A program made the position numbers and the translations under genes. Of a DNA stretch of 64,000 bases, positions 27,179 through 37,200 are shown one piece after another (the stretch's first letter is position 1; the number at the start of each line of letters is the position of its first letter). Under the pieces are notes generated by a model, which saw nothing but the letters and a program-made list of their open reading frames with translations, was not told where the DNA came from and searched no databases. Where the stretch lies: contig JAIOYV010000002.1 in assembly GCA_021740905.1 (NCBI GenBank), positions 68,512 through 132,511 on the forward strand. The letters are read 5' to 3'. This DNA comes from Bacteroidales bacterium. Lineage in GTDB: Bacteria > Bacteroidota > Bacteroidia > Bacteroidales > M50B96.

Positions 27179-30100
27179 TTGGTGGGGAAAGGACTATTTA
27201 TTTCAATTATTTATTTAATCGCCTACGCAGGTGTGTTATTTGCGCACGTGGAAAACAAGTCTACGAATGGTGTTTATAAAGATCCTATATTTAATAAGTT
27301 GACAAATAAAAATGGCCTTTCCCAAGGCACTATTACCGAAATTGTTCAAGACAAACAAGGCTTTATCTGGATTGGCACTTTCGATGGGCTTAACCGCTAC
27401 GATGGCTATGATATTAAAGTATATAACCATATACCGGGAGATTCATCCTCTCTCCCGAGCAATCAAATCAGGAAAATTATTATTGATGATCGGGATAATA
27501 TCTGGATCGCAACGGATAAGGGGCTTTCATGCCTCGAACCAATCACAGGGATTTTCAAGAACATCAATGATCCTTTATTAAACGGTGATGTTTTTATCCA
27601 GGATATGGCTCTTGATAAATCGGGTAATATCTGGATTGTCAGCATCGACAACAGATTGATAAAATATAGCACAAACGATAATACAACGGAGGATTTTGAT
27701 TTGCCAATCGGTGATGAAATGAAATTCATTGATCAAGGTAGGAATATTATCTTTATCGATAAGAGTGACAATATTTGGTTGGGATTAAAATTAGGGGGAC
27801 TTCAACGGTTTCACCCATCCTCAGGCGAATTTGAATTCTTTGAGCTTGGAAATGATGTGCCTGATAATCAAACGAATTTCAATATTACTTCCATAATCGA
27901 GGATGAAATAGGAAACCTCTGGTTGGGTAGCTATTTGCGATCGGTAGCTTATTTCAATGTGCAAAGCAAAGATTTTGTGTATTATAAAAGCATACCTGCA
28001 TTTCAGGATACTATATTTGCTATTGCCGAACTATGCCTTCATAAAGATACCTTATGGATTGGGACTTACGATAAAGGATTGGTTTGTTATGATATTGGCA
28101 CTCAAAAGTCCACGATTTATTCCGAAGGTCAAAGTAAATACGATCTGTTGTACTGCACTGTGAAAGCTCTTTTTGTGGATAAAGATGATAATTTGTGGAT
28201 CGGTACAAATGGGAAAGGAATAAATATACTAAGCGCCTATTCAAAACAATTTTTTTACGCCAATAACTCAGATGAAAGCCCGATTAGCCTTAGTTTTCCA
28301 AGTGTGAGATCTGTGTACGAAGATAGAGACGGCAAAATATGGGTTGGAGGTTATATTGGATTTCAAAAGCTTGATTTGAAGAAAAATACTTCTGAAGTAT
28401 TGTTGCATGAAATCATCTACTCGATATGCCCCGATCGAGTCGATCAGAACATTCTGTGGGTTGGAACAGAGGGTGGAGGAATATACTCCTATAATAAGTT
28501 GTTGAACAGACTCGATCGATTTATCGATAATGATATCATTGAGCTAAATACCAAACTAAAGTTTAATGTTTATGGTTTGCAAGTGTACGATCTCGAATTC
28601 GAAAATGACAGTCTTTTATATGCTGGAACAAATATTGGGTTGTTAAGGGTTAATATCCATGATCAATCGTTTCATTTATTTGGTTTTAAAGATGGCAGGG
28701 AAGATGGTTTACCCTATGGCAAAATTTATACGGTCGATTTCGATTCGGATGGAATATTAAGAGTAGGCTCTGGATCTAATGGCATATACGAATTCAATAA
28801 AAAAGATAGCACTTTTGTAAAACCTTTTTTGGGGCAGGGCAATTTTCCGAAAGGATTTGTTTTCTGTATCCATGAGAGCAAGGATCACAAATTCTGGTTG
28901 GGTACTGATATTGGCCTTTGCCTGATGGATATGAATACCCAATCTTACCAATATTTTACTATTCAGGATGGTTTGCCGAACAATATAGTTTATGCAGTTC
29001 TCGAAGATAATTTAGGAAATTTGTGGTGCAGCACAAATCAAGGCATCGCAAAGTATAACCCATCTACCGGCCTTATTGTCAGTTTCGATGAAAGCGATGG
29101 CTTGCCTTGCAATGAATTCAATTCCAAGGCTTTTTATCAATCCGAAACCTATTTTTATTTTGGCGGGGTTAATGGTTTGGTGATTTTTGATCCGGATAAA
29201 ATTTTCGTCAATGAAAAACCCCCGACTATTTCCATATCTGGGATTGTAAAATTCATGAAATCAGGCAAAATCGAAATTTTAGGATTGAGGGATAATACCA
29301 TCACAATCAATCCGGATGAAAATATCATTGAGCTGGGATTTTCGGCAATGGATTTTATAAATCCTGCAAGTTGTAGCTATAAATACCGGATTGTGGGTTT
29401 TAGTGACAATTGGATTGAGTTGGAACATCGACATAATTTTCTGATAAACGATTTAAACCCTGGGGAATACAAACTTGAGATACATGCCTCGAACAGCGAT
29501 CGGATTTGGACAAATACTCCCAAGCAAATTGCTTTGATTGTTTTGCCCCACTTTGTTGAAACAATATGGTTTAAAATTATCATATTTTTGATTATCAGTC
29601 TTATAGTTATCTCGCTCTATTTGGCAAGGGTCAACATTATCAATAAACAGAAAGAAGATTTGGAGCTGAAAGTGCACGAAAAAACAAAAGAGCTTAAAAA
29701 GGCCAACGAAGAGCTTACCCTTTCAAATTCGACAAAAGACAAGTTTTTTTCGATTATTGCTCACGATTTGAAGAGTCCTTTTAATTCCTTACTTGGTTTT
29801 TCAGAAATCCTGCAGGAGGACTGGGACATCATGGACGAAAATAAGCGGCTTGATTTAGTTCAAATTATACATAAAACCCAGGAGGAAACATTTCAGTTGC
29901 TTACCAATCTGCTTGAATGGTCAAGATTACAACGGCACAATCTGGTTTGGCAACCTGAGTCTGTCGATTTACTCGATATAGTGGAACAAGTTTATGACCA
30001 GGTAAATATAATTGCGATGCAAAAAAATATTTCTTTTGTTGTCGCAATCGATCCTGGTACATTTATATATGTTGATAGGGAAATGATAGGAACTGTGCTG

Positions 30101-30415
30101 AGGAATCTAATAAGTAATGCGATTAAATTTACTAATTCGAACGGTCGTATAATGATTTTTTCACATATAAATGAAGATATGGTAAAATGCTGTATCGAGG
30201 ATTCCGGAGTAGGCATGGAAGCTGAGGTTGTGGAACATTTATTTGATTTCACTCAAAATGAATCGACTCTCGGCACCAATGGTGAAAAAGGGACAGGGCT
30301 TGGACTTATTCTCTGTAAAGAATTTGTCTATATAAACAAAGGGGACATCACCGTAAAAAGTAAACCAGGACAAGGAAGTACTTTCTGTATTACTCTTCCT
30401 GTGAAGAAATCCTGA
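27179..30415 (+). CDS. Sensor histidine kinase with periplasmic Reg_prop beta-propellers and Y_Y_Y domain
   Basis: Repeated D..G.IWIGT..GL blades, Y_Y_Y domain, TM, IIAHDLKSP H-box, NLISNAIKF, DSGVGM, GTGLGL; no REC or AraC domain. Confidence 0.9.
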   Translation: MVGKGLFISIIYLIAYAGVLFAHVENKSTNGVYKDPIFNKLTNKNGLSQGTITEIVQDKQGFIWIGTFDGLNRYDGYDIKVYNHIPGDSSSLPSNQIRKIIIDDRDNIWIATDKGLSCLEPITGIFKNINDPLLNGDVFIQDMALDKSGNIWIVSIDNRLIKYSTNDNTTEDFDLPIGDEMKFIDQGRNIIFIDKSDNIWLGLKLGGLQRFHPSSGEFEFFELGNDVPDNQTNFNITSIIEDEIGNLWLGSYLRSVAYFNVQSKDFVYYKSIPAFQDTIFAIAELCLHKDTLWIGTYDKGLVCYDIGTQKSTIYSEGQSKYDLLYCTVKALFVDKDDNLWIGTNGKGINILSAYSKQFFYANNSDESPISLSFPSVRSVYEDRDGKIWVGGYIGFQKLDLKKNTSEVLLHEIIYSICPDRVDQNILWVGTEGGGIYSYNKLLNRLDRFIDNDIIELNTKLKFNVYGLQVYDLEFENDSLLYAGTNIGLLRVNIHDQSFHLFGFKDGREDGLPYGKIYTVDFDSDGILRVGSGSNGIYEFNKKDSTFVKPFLGQGNFPKGFVFCIHESKDHKFWLGTDIGLCLMDMNTQSYQYFTIQDGLPNNIVYAVLEDNLGNLWCSTNQGIAKYNPSTGLIVSFDESDGLPCNEFNSKAFYQSETYFYFGGVNGLVIFDPDKIFVNEKPPTISISGIVKFMKSGKIEILGLRDNTITINPDENIIELGFSAMDFINPASCSYKYRIVGFSDNWIELEHRHNFLINDLNPGEYKLEIHASNSDRIWTNTPKQIALIVLPHFVETIWFKIIIFLIISLIVISLYLARVNIINKQKEDLELKVHEKTKELKKANEELTLSNSTKDKFFSIIAHDLKSPFNSLLGFSEILQEDWDIMDENKRLDLVQIIHKTQEETFQLLTNLLEWSRLQRHNLVWQPESVDLLDIVEQVYDQVNIIAMQKNISFVVAIDPGTFIYVDREMIGTVLRNLISNAIKFTNSNGRIMIFSHINEDMVKCCIEDSGVGMEAEVVEHLFDFTQNESTLGTNGEKGTGLGLILCKEFVYINKGDITVKSKPGQGSTFCITLPVKKS

Positions 30416-30453
30416 ATTAAGATAATTATGTATTGACAGGCTTGTTGTCTGAA

Positions 30454-31077
30454 TTATTTCTCAGCCCAGGCTTTTACGCCAGCCTTTATCTCTATATTCA
30501 TATCATTTTCAACTGGCGGCACAGGACAGGAATACCTATGATTATAGGCGCAGTAAGGATTGTATGCTTTGTTGAAGTCGATAATGATATGGTCTGAATC
30601 TGGAAGTCTCAAGTCGATATAACGTCCACCTCCATAGCTTTCAACCCCACTTGTGAGGTCGGTAAATGGTAGAAATAGGTAGTCTTCATAGCCTTCTTGT
30701 TTCACAAGGTCGAGGTTTTGAAAAATGCTTAATTGAAAGTTTTTTCCACCAATATCAAATTTCGCGATCCCATATTTCATATACATGGGCAAGCGGTCGG
30801 TGGTTGTTTTCATGCCAAAAGGTTGCTCGTTGGGTGTTCGGACAAATTCTGCATCAACCCGATACTTTGGATCGATAGGGAAAAAACCCAGGCCGGTGAA
30901 ACTCTTCAAATCCTTTTCCGACAATGGGGAATGGCTTGAATCGGCGTATTGCTCGTTCAGTTCTTTCTGATGGTTTTGAATTTCATCTATATATGCTTGA
31001 TCTGTTTTCTGATTGCAGGAAATAAAAAGTGTACCAGCCAGAAAGGCAATGAGTAAAATAGATCCCAGTGTTTTCAT
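30454..31077 (-). CDS. DUF1684 family lipoprotein
   Basis: LFLPFTDLTSG.ESYGGGRYID, DFNKAYNPYCAYN..YSCP.PP.EN. Confidence 0.88.
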   Translation of the reverse strand: MKTLGSILLIAFLAGTLFISCNQKTDQAYIDEIQNHQKELNEQYADSSHSPLSEKDLKSFTGLGFFPIDPKYRVDAEFVRTPNEQPFGMKTTTDRLPMYMKYGIAKFDIGGKNFQLSIFQNLDLVKQEGYEDYLFLPFTDLTSGVESYGGGRYIDLRLPDSDHIIIDFNKAYNPYCAYNHRYSCPVPPVENDMNIEIKAGVKAWAEK

Positions 31078-31132
31078 TTCTTTTGTTTTGATGTGTGGGC
31101 AAAAATAGAATAATCAGCGAAATCTAAATCAC

Positions 31133-31162
31133 AAAAAAAGCCCGCCAAGTGTCCGGGCTTTT
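31133..31162 (-). terminator. Intrinsic terminator
   Basis: aaaagcccg...cgggctttt stem with U-tract on minus strand just after the 31182-31535 gene. Confidence 0.7.
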
Positions 31163-31181
31163 CAAGTTGGGTTAATAATTC

Positions 31182-31535
31182 TTACTTCTTGTCAATTTGC
31201 TGTGAATACAGTTCTTCCTTGTTCCGTTCTACTTTTACAAAGTAACTGCCAATAGGTAATTCTGAAAGATCGAAGCTTGTTTTCGATTTGTTGTTCTTCT
31301 TAATTCGTTTGGTGAACAGACGATTTCCCTTAACATCATAAACTTTTACTTTGAAGAGGTCGCCTTCTTCTTTATACAAAGTAAACTCGACCAGGTTGTT
31401 GTCAGGCTGGGTCAACAACATTTGATAGCTGGTTTCGACCACATTCAGGATGGGTTTTTTAGGGAGGTTCTCTGATGCAAAAGTCATGTTCAGGCCAAGG
31501 GCGACAATCATTGTGATTAAAAAAGTAGTTTTCAT
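31182..31535 (-). CDS. Small exported protein, single Ig-like/T9SS-CTD-like domain
   Basis: Signal peptide; VKVYDVKGN...FDLSELPIGSYFVKV pattern. Confidence 0.7.
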   Translation of the reverse strand: MKTTFLITMIVALGLNMTFASENLPKKPILNVVETSYQMLLTQPDNNLVEFTLYKEEGDLFKVKVYDVKGNRLFTKRIKKNNKSKTSFDLSELPIGSYFVKVERNKEELYSQQIDKK

Positions 31536-31815
31536 AATTTTAGTTTTAAAGTTTATACTTAGTCGTTTATCTATTCAATTTTGTTACAATCAATTTTAAT
31601 TTCGATGTAAAAGTACTGCCACCCCCTAAATCCCACAATCGGAAACGGGTGAAGTTCAGGATTAGATGGGTGAAATTGATTTATTGAAAGGTAGAATGAA
31701 TATGGTGAAGAAGCTTTTCTATATCTCACCGAATTTTTTATTGAATTCCCGTTGCACAACCATTTTCTGCATCCCGAAAAATTGTATTTTCACAGCAAAT
31801 TAAAACCTGATCAAT

Positions 31816-33876
31816 ATGAAAAATATAGTACTGAGTATTTGTTGCCTGTCGCTAATTGCTTTTGCATCATGCGACCAACTTCCAAAATCAAATAAAGAAG
31901 ACATGAAAAGCAAAACTGAGGCATTGGTCTCTTCTGCCGATAAAGATGCCCTGAAACAAAGCATGAATGAAAAGTTTGGAGCGGATTTCGATTTCCGTAT
32001 TTCAAATGGTGTCGATCAAGTTGCTGCACTGTGGCGAAGCGAAGATGGTAGTTTGGATGAAATGAAAACTTTCTGTACGGAGAGTTTCATTGCCGACCCT
32101 GCCGAATTGGATGTGGCTTTTAATCGGATAGTCCGGAATTTTGAGATTATCCAGGGTAATTTTCACAAGATGGATGTAAGCCTGAAAGAACCCTTACATA
32201 TGGAAATGGGCGAAAAGTATCCGATCGACGATATGTTTGGGGCTTTTTCAGCATCGGCCCATTTTACCGATGATATGTACCAAAGCAAGATCGCTTTTTT
32301 CATTGCCTTGAATTTCCCTTCGTACAATCTTCAGGAAAAAACGGATATGGCAGCCAAATGGTCGCGCAAAGACTGGGCTTATGCCCGTCTGGGCGATGCA
32401 TTTACATCGCGTGTACCGGCAAATGTTTACCAGGACATGGCCACTTCTTTTACTAAGTCGGACGATTATATTTCAAACTACAATATTTACATGGGAAAAT
32501 TAGTGGATGAAAAAGGCAAAACGTATTTCCCTGAGGATATGAAACTGATCACCCACTGGGGTTTGCGCGATGAATTGAAATCGAACTATGCAAACGAGAA
32601 TGGCCTGTTCAAACAGAAAATGATTTACGATGTGATGAAGAACATCATCAGCCAGGAAATTCCCCAGCAGGTGATAAACAAAAACGATTATCAATGGAAC
32701 CCTTCTGCCAACAAGCTTTTTGAGGATGGGAATGAGATTACTTTTGAACGGGAGCCGGATACCCGCTACCAGCAATTGCTGAATAATTTTAAGGCTGTAA
32801 AAGCGGTCGATCCTTACGATCCGCAAAACCCAACCTATATTGATAGGGCTTTCAATGGAAATATGGAAATTTTACAGGCCGATGTGGAGCAACTTTTCAC
32901 CGAATTTGTTTCTTCTCCACAAGTGAAGCAAGTGGCTGAGCTTATTAAAAAACGCTTAGACCGCGACCTGGAACCTTTTGATATTTGGTACGATGGCTTT
33001 AAATCGAGAGGCTCGATCAACGAAGAGGAACTAAATAAGATAGTGGCAGCAAAGTATCCCAAAGTAAAAGATTTTCAGGCTGATTTACCGAACATTCTCG
33101 TTAAGCTGGGATTTGATCCACTAGCAGCGAAATTCATCACTGATAAAATCCAGGTCGATCCATCGCGCGGTGCCGGCCATGCCTGGGGTGCCGAGATGCG
33201 TGATGATAAATCGCGCTTGCGCACCCGCTTTGGCGGAGCTGGTATGAATTACAAAGGCTACAATATTGCCATCCACGAATTTGGCCACAATGTGGAACAA
33301 ACCATCACCCTGCACAATGTGGACAACTATATGTTGCATGGTGTCCCCAACACAGCTTTCACCGAAGCCATTGCTTTTCTTTTTCAATCGCGCGACCTGG
33401 AATTGCTTGGCATTGCCGACAAAGATGTAAACAAGCATCATTTGATGGCCTTGGATAATTTTTGGTCATCGTATGAGATAATGGGGGTTTCGTTGGTCGA
33501 CATGAATGTCTGGAAATGGCTGTATGCGAATCCTGAATGTACTGCAGCTGAATTGAAAGTGGCTGTAATCAGCATTGCAAAGGACATCTGGAACAAGTAT
33601 TATGCGCCCGTGTTCGGCACGAACGACGAACCCATCCTGGCTGTTTATTCCCACATGATTGACAACCCGCTCTATTTATCGAATTACCCGGTTGGACATC
33701 TCATCGACTTCCAGATTGAACAATATATCCACGGAAAAAACCTGGCAGCCGAAATTACTCGCATGTTGGTAAATGGACGGATTGTCCCACAATTGTGGAT
33801 GCAGGAAGCAGTAGGGGAGAAAATATCGACAAAAGCCTTGCTTGACGCAACCAGCGATGCGCTGAGGGTGATATAG
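31816..33876 (+). CDS. Lipoprotein, putative gluzincin metallopeptidase (M3/M32-like)
   Basis: Lipobox FASC; AIHEFGH followed by PNTAFTEAIA (candidate third ligand Glu). Confidence 0.65.
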   Translation: MKNIVLSICCLSLIAFASCDQLPKSNKEDMKSKTEALVSSADKDALKQSMNEKFGADFDFRISNGVDQVAALWRSEDGSLDEMKTFCTESFIADPAELDVAFNRIVRNFEIIQGNFHKMDVSLKEPLHMEMGEKYPIDDMFGAFSASAHFTDDMYQSKIAFFIALNFPSYNLQEKTDMAAKWSRKDWAYARLGDAFTSRVPANVYQDMATSFTKSDDYISNYNIYMGKLVDEKGKTYFPEDMKLITHWGLRDELKSNYANENGLFKQKMIYDVMKNIISQEIPQQVINKNDYQWNPSANKLFEDGNEITFEREPDTRYQQLLNNFKAVKAVDPYDPQNPTYIDRAFNGNMEILQADVEQLFTEFVSSPQVKQVAELIKKRLDRDLEPFDIWYDGFKSRGSINEEELNKIVAAKYPKVKDFQADLPNILVKLGFDPLAAKFITDKIQVDPSRGAGHAWGAEMRDDKSRLRTRFGGAGMNYKGYNIAIHEFGHNVEQTITLHNVDNYMLHGVPNTAFTEAIAFLFQSRDLELLGIADKDVNKHHLMALDNFWSSYEIMGVSLVDMNVWKWLYANPECTAAELKVAVISIAKDIWNKYYAPVFGTNDEPILAVYSHMIDNPLYLSNYPVGHLIDFQIEQYIHGKNLAAEITRMLVNGRIVPQLWMQEAVGEKISTKALLDATSDALRVI

Positions 33877-34011
33877 TCGGTCTGTCGTTGTATAAAGTCA
33901 GCAATATTAGAACTGTACTGTTTCTATTGAAGTGGATGGACAGGAGTGTTGGAGTTCTCCAGCGCAATAACTTTTGAGTATTGGATGGATATTTGGCATG
34001 GAACAGTGGAT

Positions 34012-34041
34012 TGTAGAGACGCGATTAATCGAGTCTCTACA
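34012..34041. repeat. GTAG-type REP palindrome
   Basis: tgtagagacgcgattaatcgagtctctaca; relatives at 47090 and 56333. Confidence 0.75.
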
Positions 34042-34073
34042 TGGCAATGAATCAACTCATTTTGTTTATTCCT

Positions 34074-34110
34074 TTCCATCACTCCATCACTCCATCATTC
34101 CATTACTCCA
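34074..34110. repeat. Octamer tandem repeat (YTCCATYA)n
   Basis: ttccatca ctccatca ctccatca ttccatta ctcca. Confidence 0.75.
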
Positions 34111-34223
34111 GTTAGAACCCCAACCACAAGGCAATGACCTGCCTGTTAATTAATATCCGCCAAATCAGGCCACCCCTACAATTGCTTGCATGATTTTTGT
34201 AATTTTGGGCAAAATTTACGAGA

Positions 34224-37200
34224 ATTAAAAGAGCATACAAAATATTATTATATACGCTGCTGGTCATCATCTTGATACCGGCAGTTCTTTATATAACTAT
34301 CCAAAATAGCTCTGTACAAACCCGGTTGACAGCCTATTTTGCCGGTAAACTTACCGAGAAACTGGGTACTAAGGTAAGTGTTGGACGGGTCGATATTGCA
34401 TTCTTTAATAAGTTAGTGCTCGAAGATTTGTTTGTGGAGGACTACCGAAACGATACTCTTGCCTACATTGGTGAGCTGAAAGCTGCGATCAATTCTATAG
34501 CTTACAAGAAGAAAAGGATCGATTTCGGGACAATTTCGTTGGACCGGCTTTACTTTTATATCTATCAGGATGTGGATACCTCGAACCTGGATGTGTTTGT
34601 ATATGGTTTGGTACCGGTTGAAACTGATACAGGTTCATCATCACCCCTATGGGAGCTTAATTTTAGCCGATTAGTTGTTGAGAATAGCCGCTTCCGCTTT
34701 CGACAATACGATTATATCACCCAGGATTTTGGTATGAATTATCTCGATATGGAGGCCAACAAATTGAATTTTTCGGTTTCTGATATTGACTTGGGCGATT
34801 CATTAAAAATGAGGTTAAACGGATTGAGTTGTCGCGAAAAAGGAGGAGCACATATCGAAGAGTTCACCACTTTGCTGAGCATGTCGAAGCATCATGCCAA
34901 TTTCGATGAGTTGACCCTGCGTCTTTCCAATAGTGAAATCCTAGCCAAGACCCTGGCTTTTCGTTTTGATTCTCTTCGTGTTTTACGAGACTTTACCCAT
35001 AAGGTAAAAATAGAGGGAGATTTCTATGAAACTGGATTATCATTTGCCGACCTTGCCTTTTTTGCCCCTGCATTAAAGGGTTTTAGTGAAAAGGTGTATT
35101 TCTCAGGCCTTGTAAACGGGCCGATTAGTGATTTAAGGGCAAAGAATTTTTCAGTGAATTTTGGGAATTTTACAAGGATGAAGGCCAGCTTCAGCTTGAT
35201 CGGGTTGCCAACGATCAAAACCACATTCCTATATGCCGACTTTAAGGAATTCCGTACCAGCAAATCGGATATCGAAAACTTGAAACTTCCTCCCGAATGG
35301 AGCGATGGCCCAATAAAATTGCCTGACCAACTGAACGAAGCAGGACTTATTACCTACAAGGGAAACTTTACTGGTTTTACAAACGACTTTGTGGCTTTTG
35401 GTACTTTGTCGAGCCAACTCGGAACCATTTCAACTGACCTGGGATTGAAACAATCTGGCCACAATGGTTATTCGTATAGGGGAGCAATCAAAACCATTGA
35501 TTTTAATCTGGGTAAATTTGTTGGGCCGGAGGCAAGGATCGGAAAAGTCGACCTCGAAATACAAGTGACTGGGAATATCGACAGCCTGAACCGAGTAAGT
35601 GCCGAGCCTAAGGGCATAATTCAAAAGATCGACTTCAACAATTACCAATATAAGAATGTGAAATTGAATGGGAAACTGGACGGGAAGAAATTTAACGGTT
35701 TTGTATACATCCTTGAACCCAACCTGGAACTGGATTTTACCGGTGCAGTCGATTTTACAAACGATGTCCCTGTGTTCGATTTCAATGCTGTGGTAATGTA
35801 CGCCAAACTGGATAATTTAAACCTGTACAAAAAGGATAGTCTCCCGGTTTTGTCTTTTATCCTCGAATCGAATTTCGTGGGGGATAATTTCGATGAATTC
35901 AAAGGGCAGATTAATCTATGGGATCTGTCTTATGCAAATGCAGAAAGGAAAGTCACGATCGATCAATTATCCCTTATTTCCAATCCTGAGGATACAGTCA
36001 ATTCCCTGCAATTAATATCGAGCCTGGCCGACATATCGCTTAGGGGAAAATATTCTTTTGAGGGCCTAACAGAAAGCCTGCCTGGATATTTCTATCATTT
36101 CTATCCTTCATTTTTACATAAGGAACAAGGATACCCAAGTTCCACCGATAGTCTTTATTTTAACATTCAGATAAAAGAAACCGATTCGTTGATGAGGATT
36201 TTCTTCCCTGGCTATGCCATTGGTAGCGGGTCGGTACTTGATGGATATTTTGATGCACGATCGAATGTTCTCGACCTGGATGGGAAGCTCAAGAATGTAA
36301 ACGTTCAATCGATGAGTTTTGAAGATTTAACGGTAAGCACACAGACAGGCGACAATGATTTAATGTTGTTTTTAACCAGTAATTCTGTATTGCGAAACGA
36401 TGTCCCCTTTTTGCAAAAGCTCGAACTGTCGTCGAAATATATGCGCGACAGCTTGTTTGCACAAATCAATTGGTACCACATCGATTCGTTGGTTTATGAG
36501 GGCAATCTGGCCACAGCAGCCTCATTTGCGAGGAGTGATCCAGGGCAGATCCCTCAGATAAATATCGAGCTTCTGCCTTCCTCAATTACCATTGCCGATT
36601 CACTTTGGCAAATCGCAAAGGCGCATTTTGTGGTCGACAGTAGCCTTCTTCAAGTTTCTGATTTTTTGATGTCTCGCGAGAGCCAATTGCTAAGTATTAG
36701 CGGCTCTGTTTCTAAATCGAAGGAAGACACGCTGTACATGGAAATGAACAATATCCCACTTTCCAATTTTAATCTCCTGACTGGTCCGCACGGATTTGAT
36801 TTGCATGGGATATTAAACGGCAATGCCTCGTTGACGGATGTTTACAATAACCCAATATTCTTTTCCAATTTAAAGATCAACCAACTCGAAATAAATGGAA
36901 AAAAACTTGGCGATGGGATTATAAAAAGCGAATGGGATAATAATAATGAGGGATTGAAAATTACATTTTATACCCAGCGCGACCAGGTTAGGCCATTTTA
37001 TGTTGATGGTTCATATTTTCCAAGGGGTGGCAAGCTCGACTTTGAAATAATTTTGGACAAATTATATCTTAGTATTTTCGAACCCTATCTCGAAGAAAAT
37101 ATTTCGGAATTAGGTGGCATTGTGAGCGACAAACTGACCCTTTCCGGGACTATCGAAAAACCAGTTTTGGAGGGACGGCTTAAGGTACAGAAAGTTGGAT

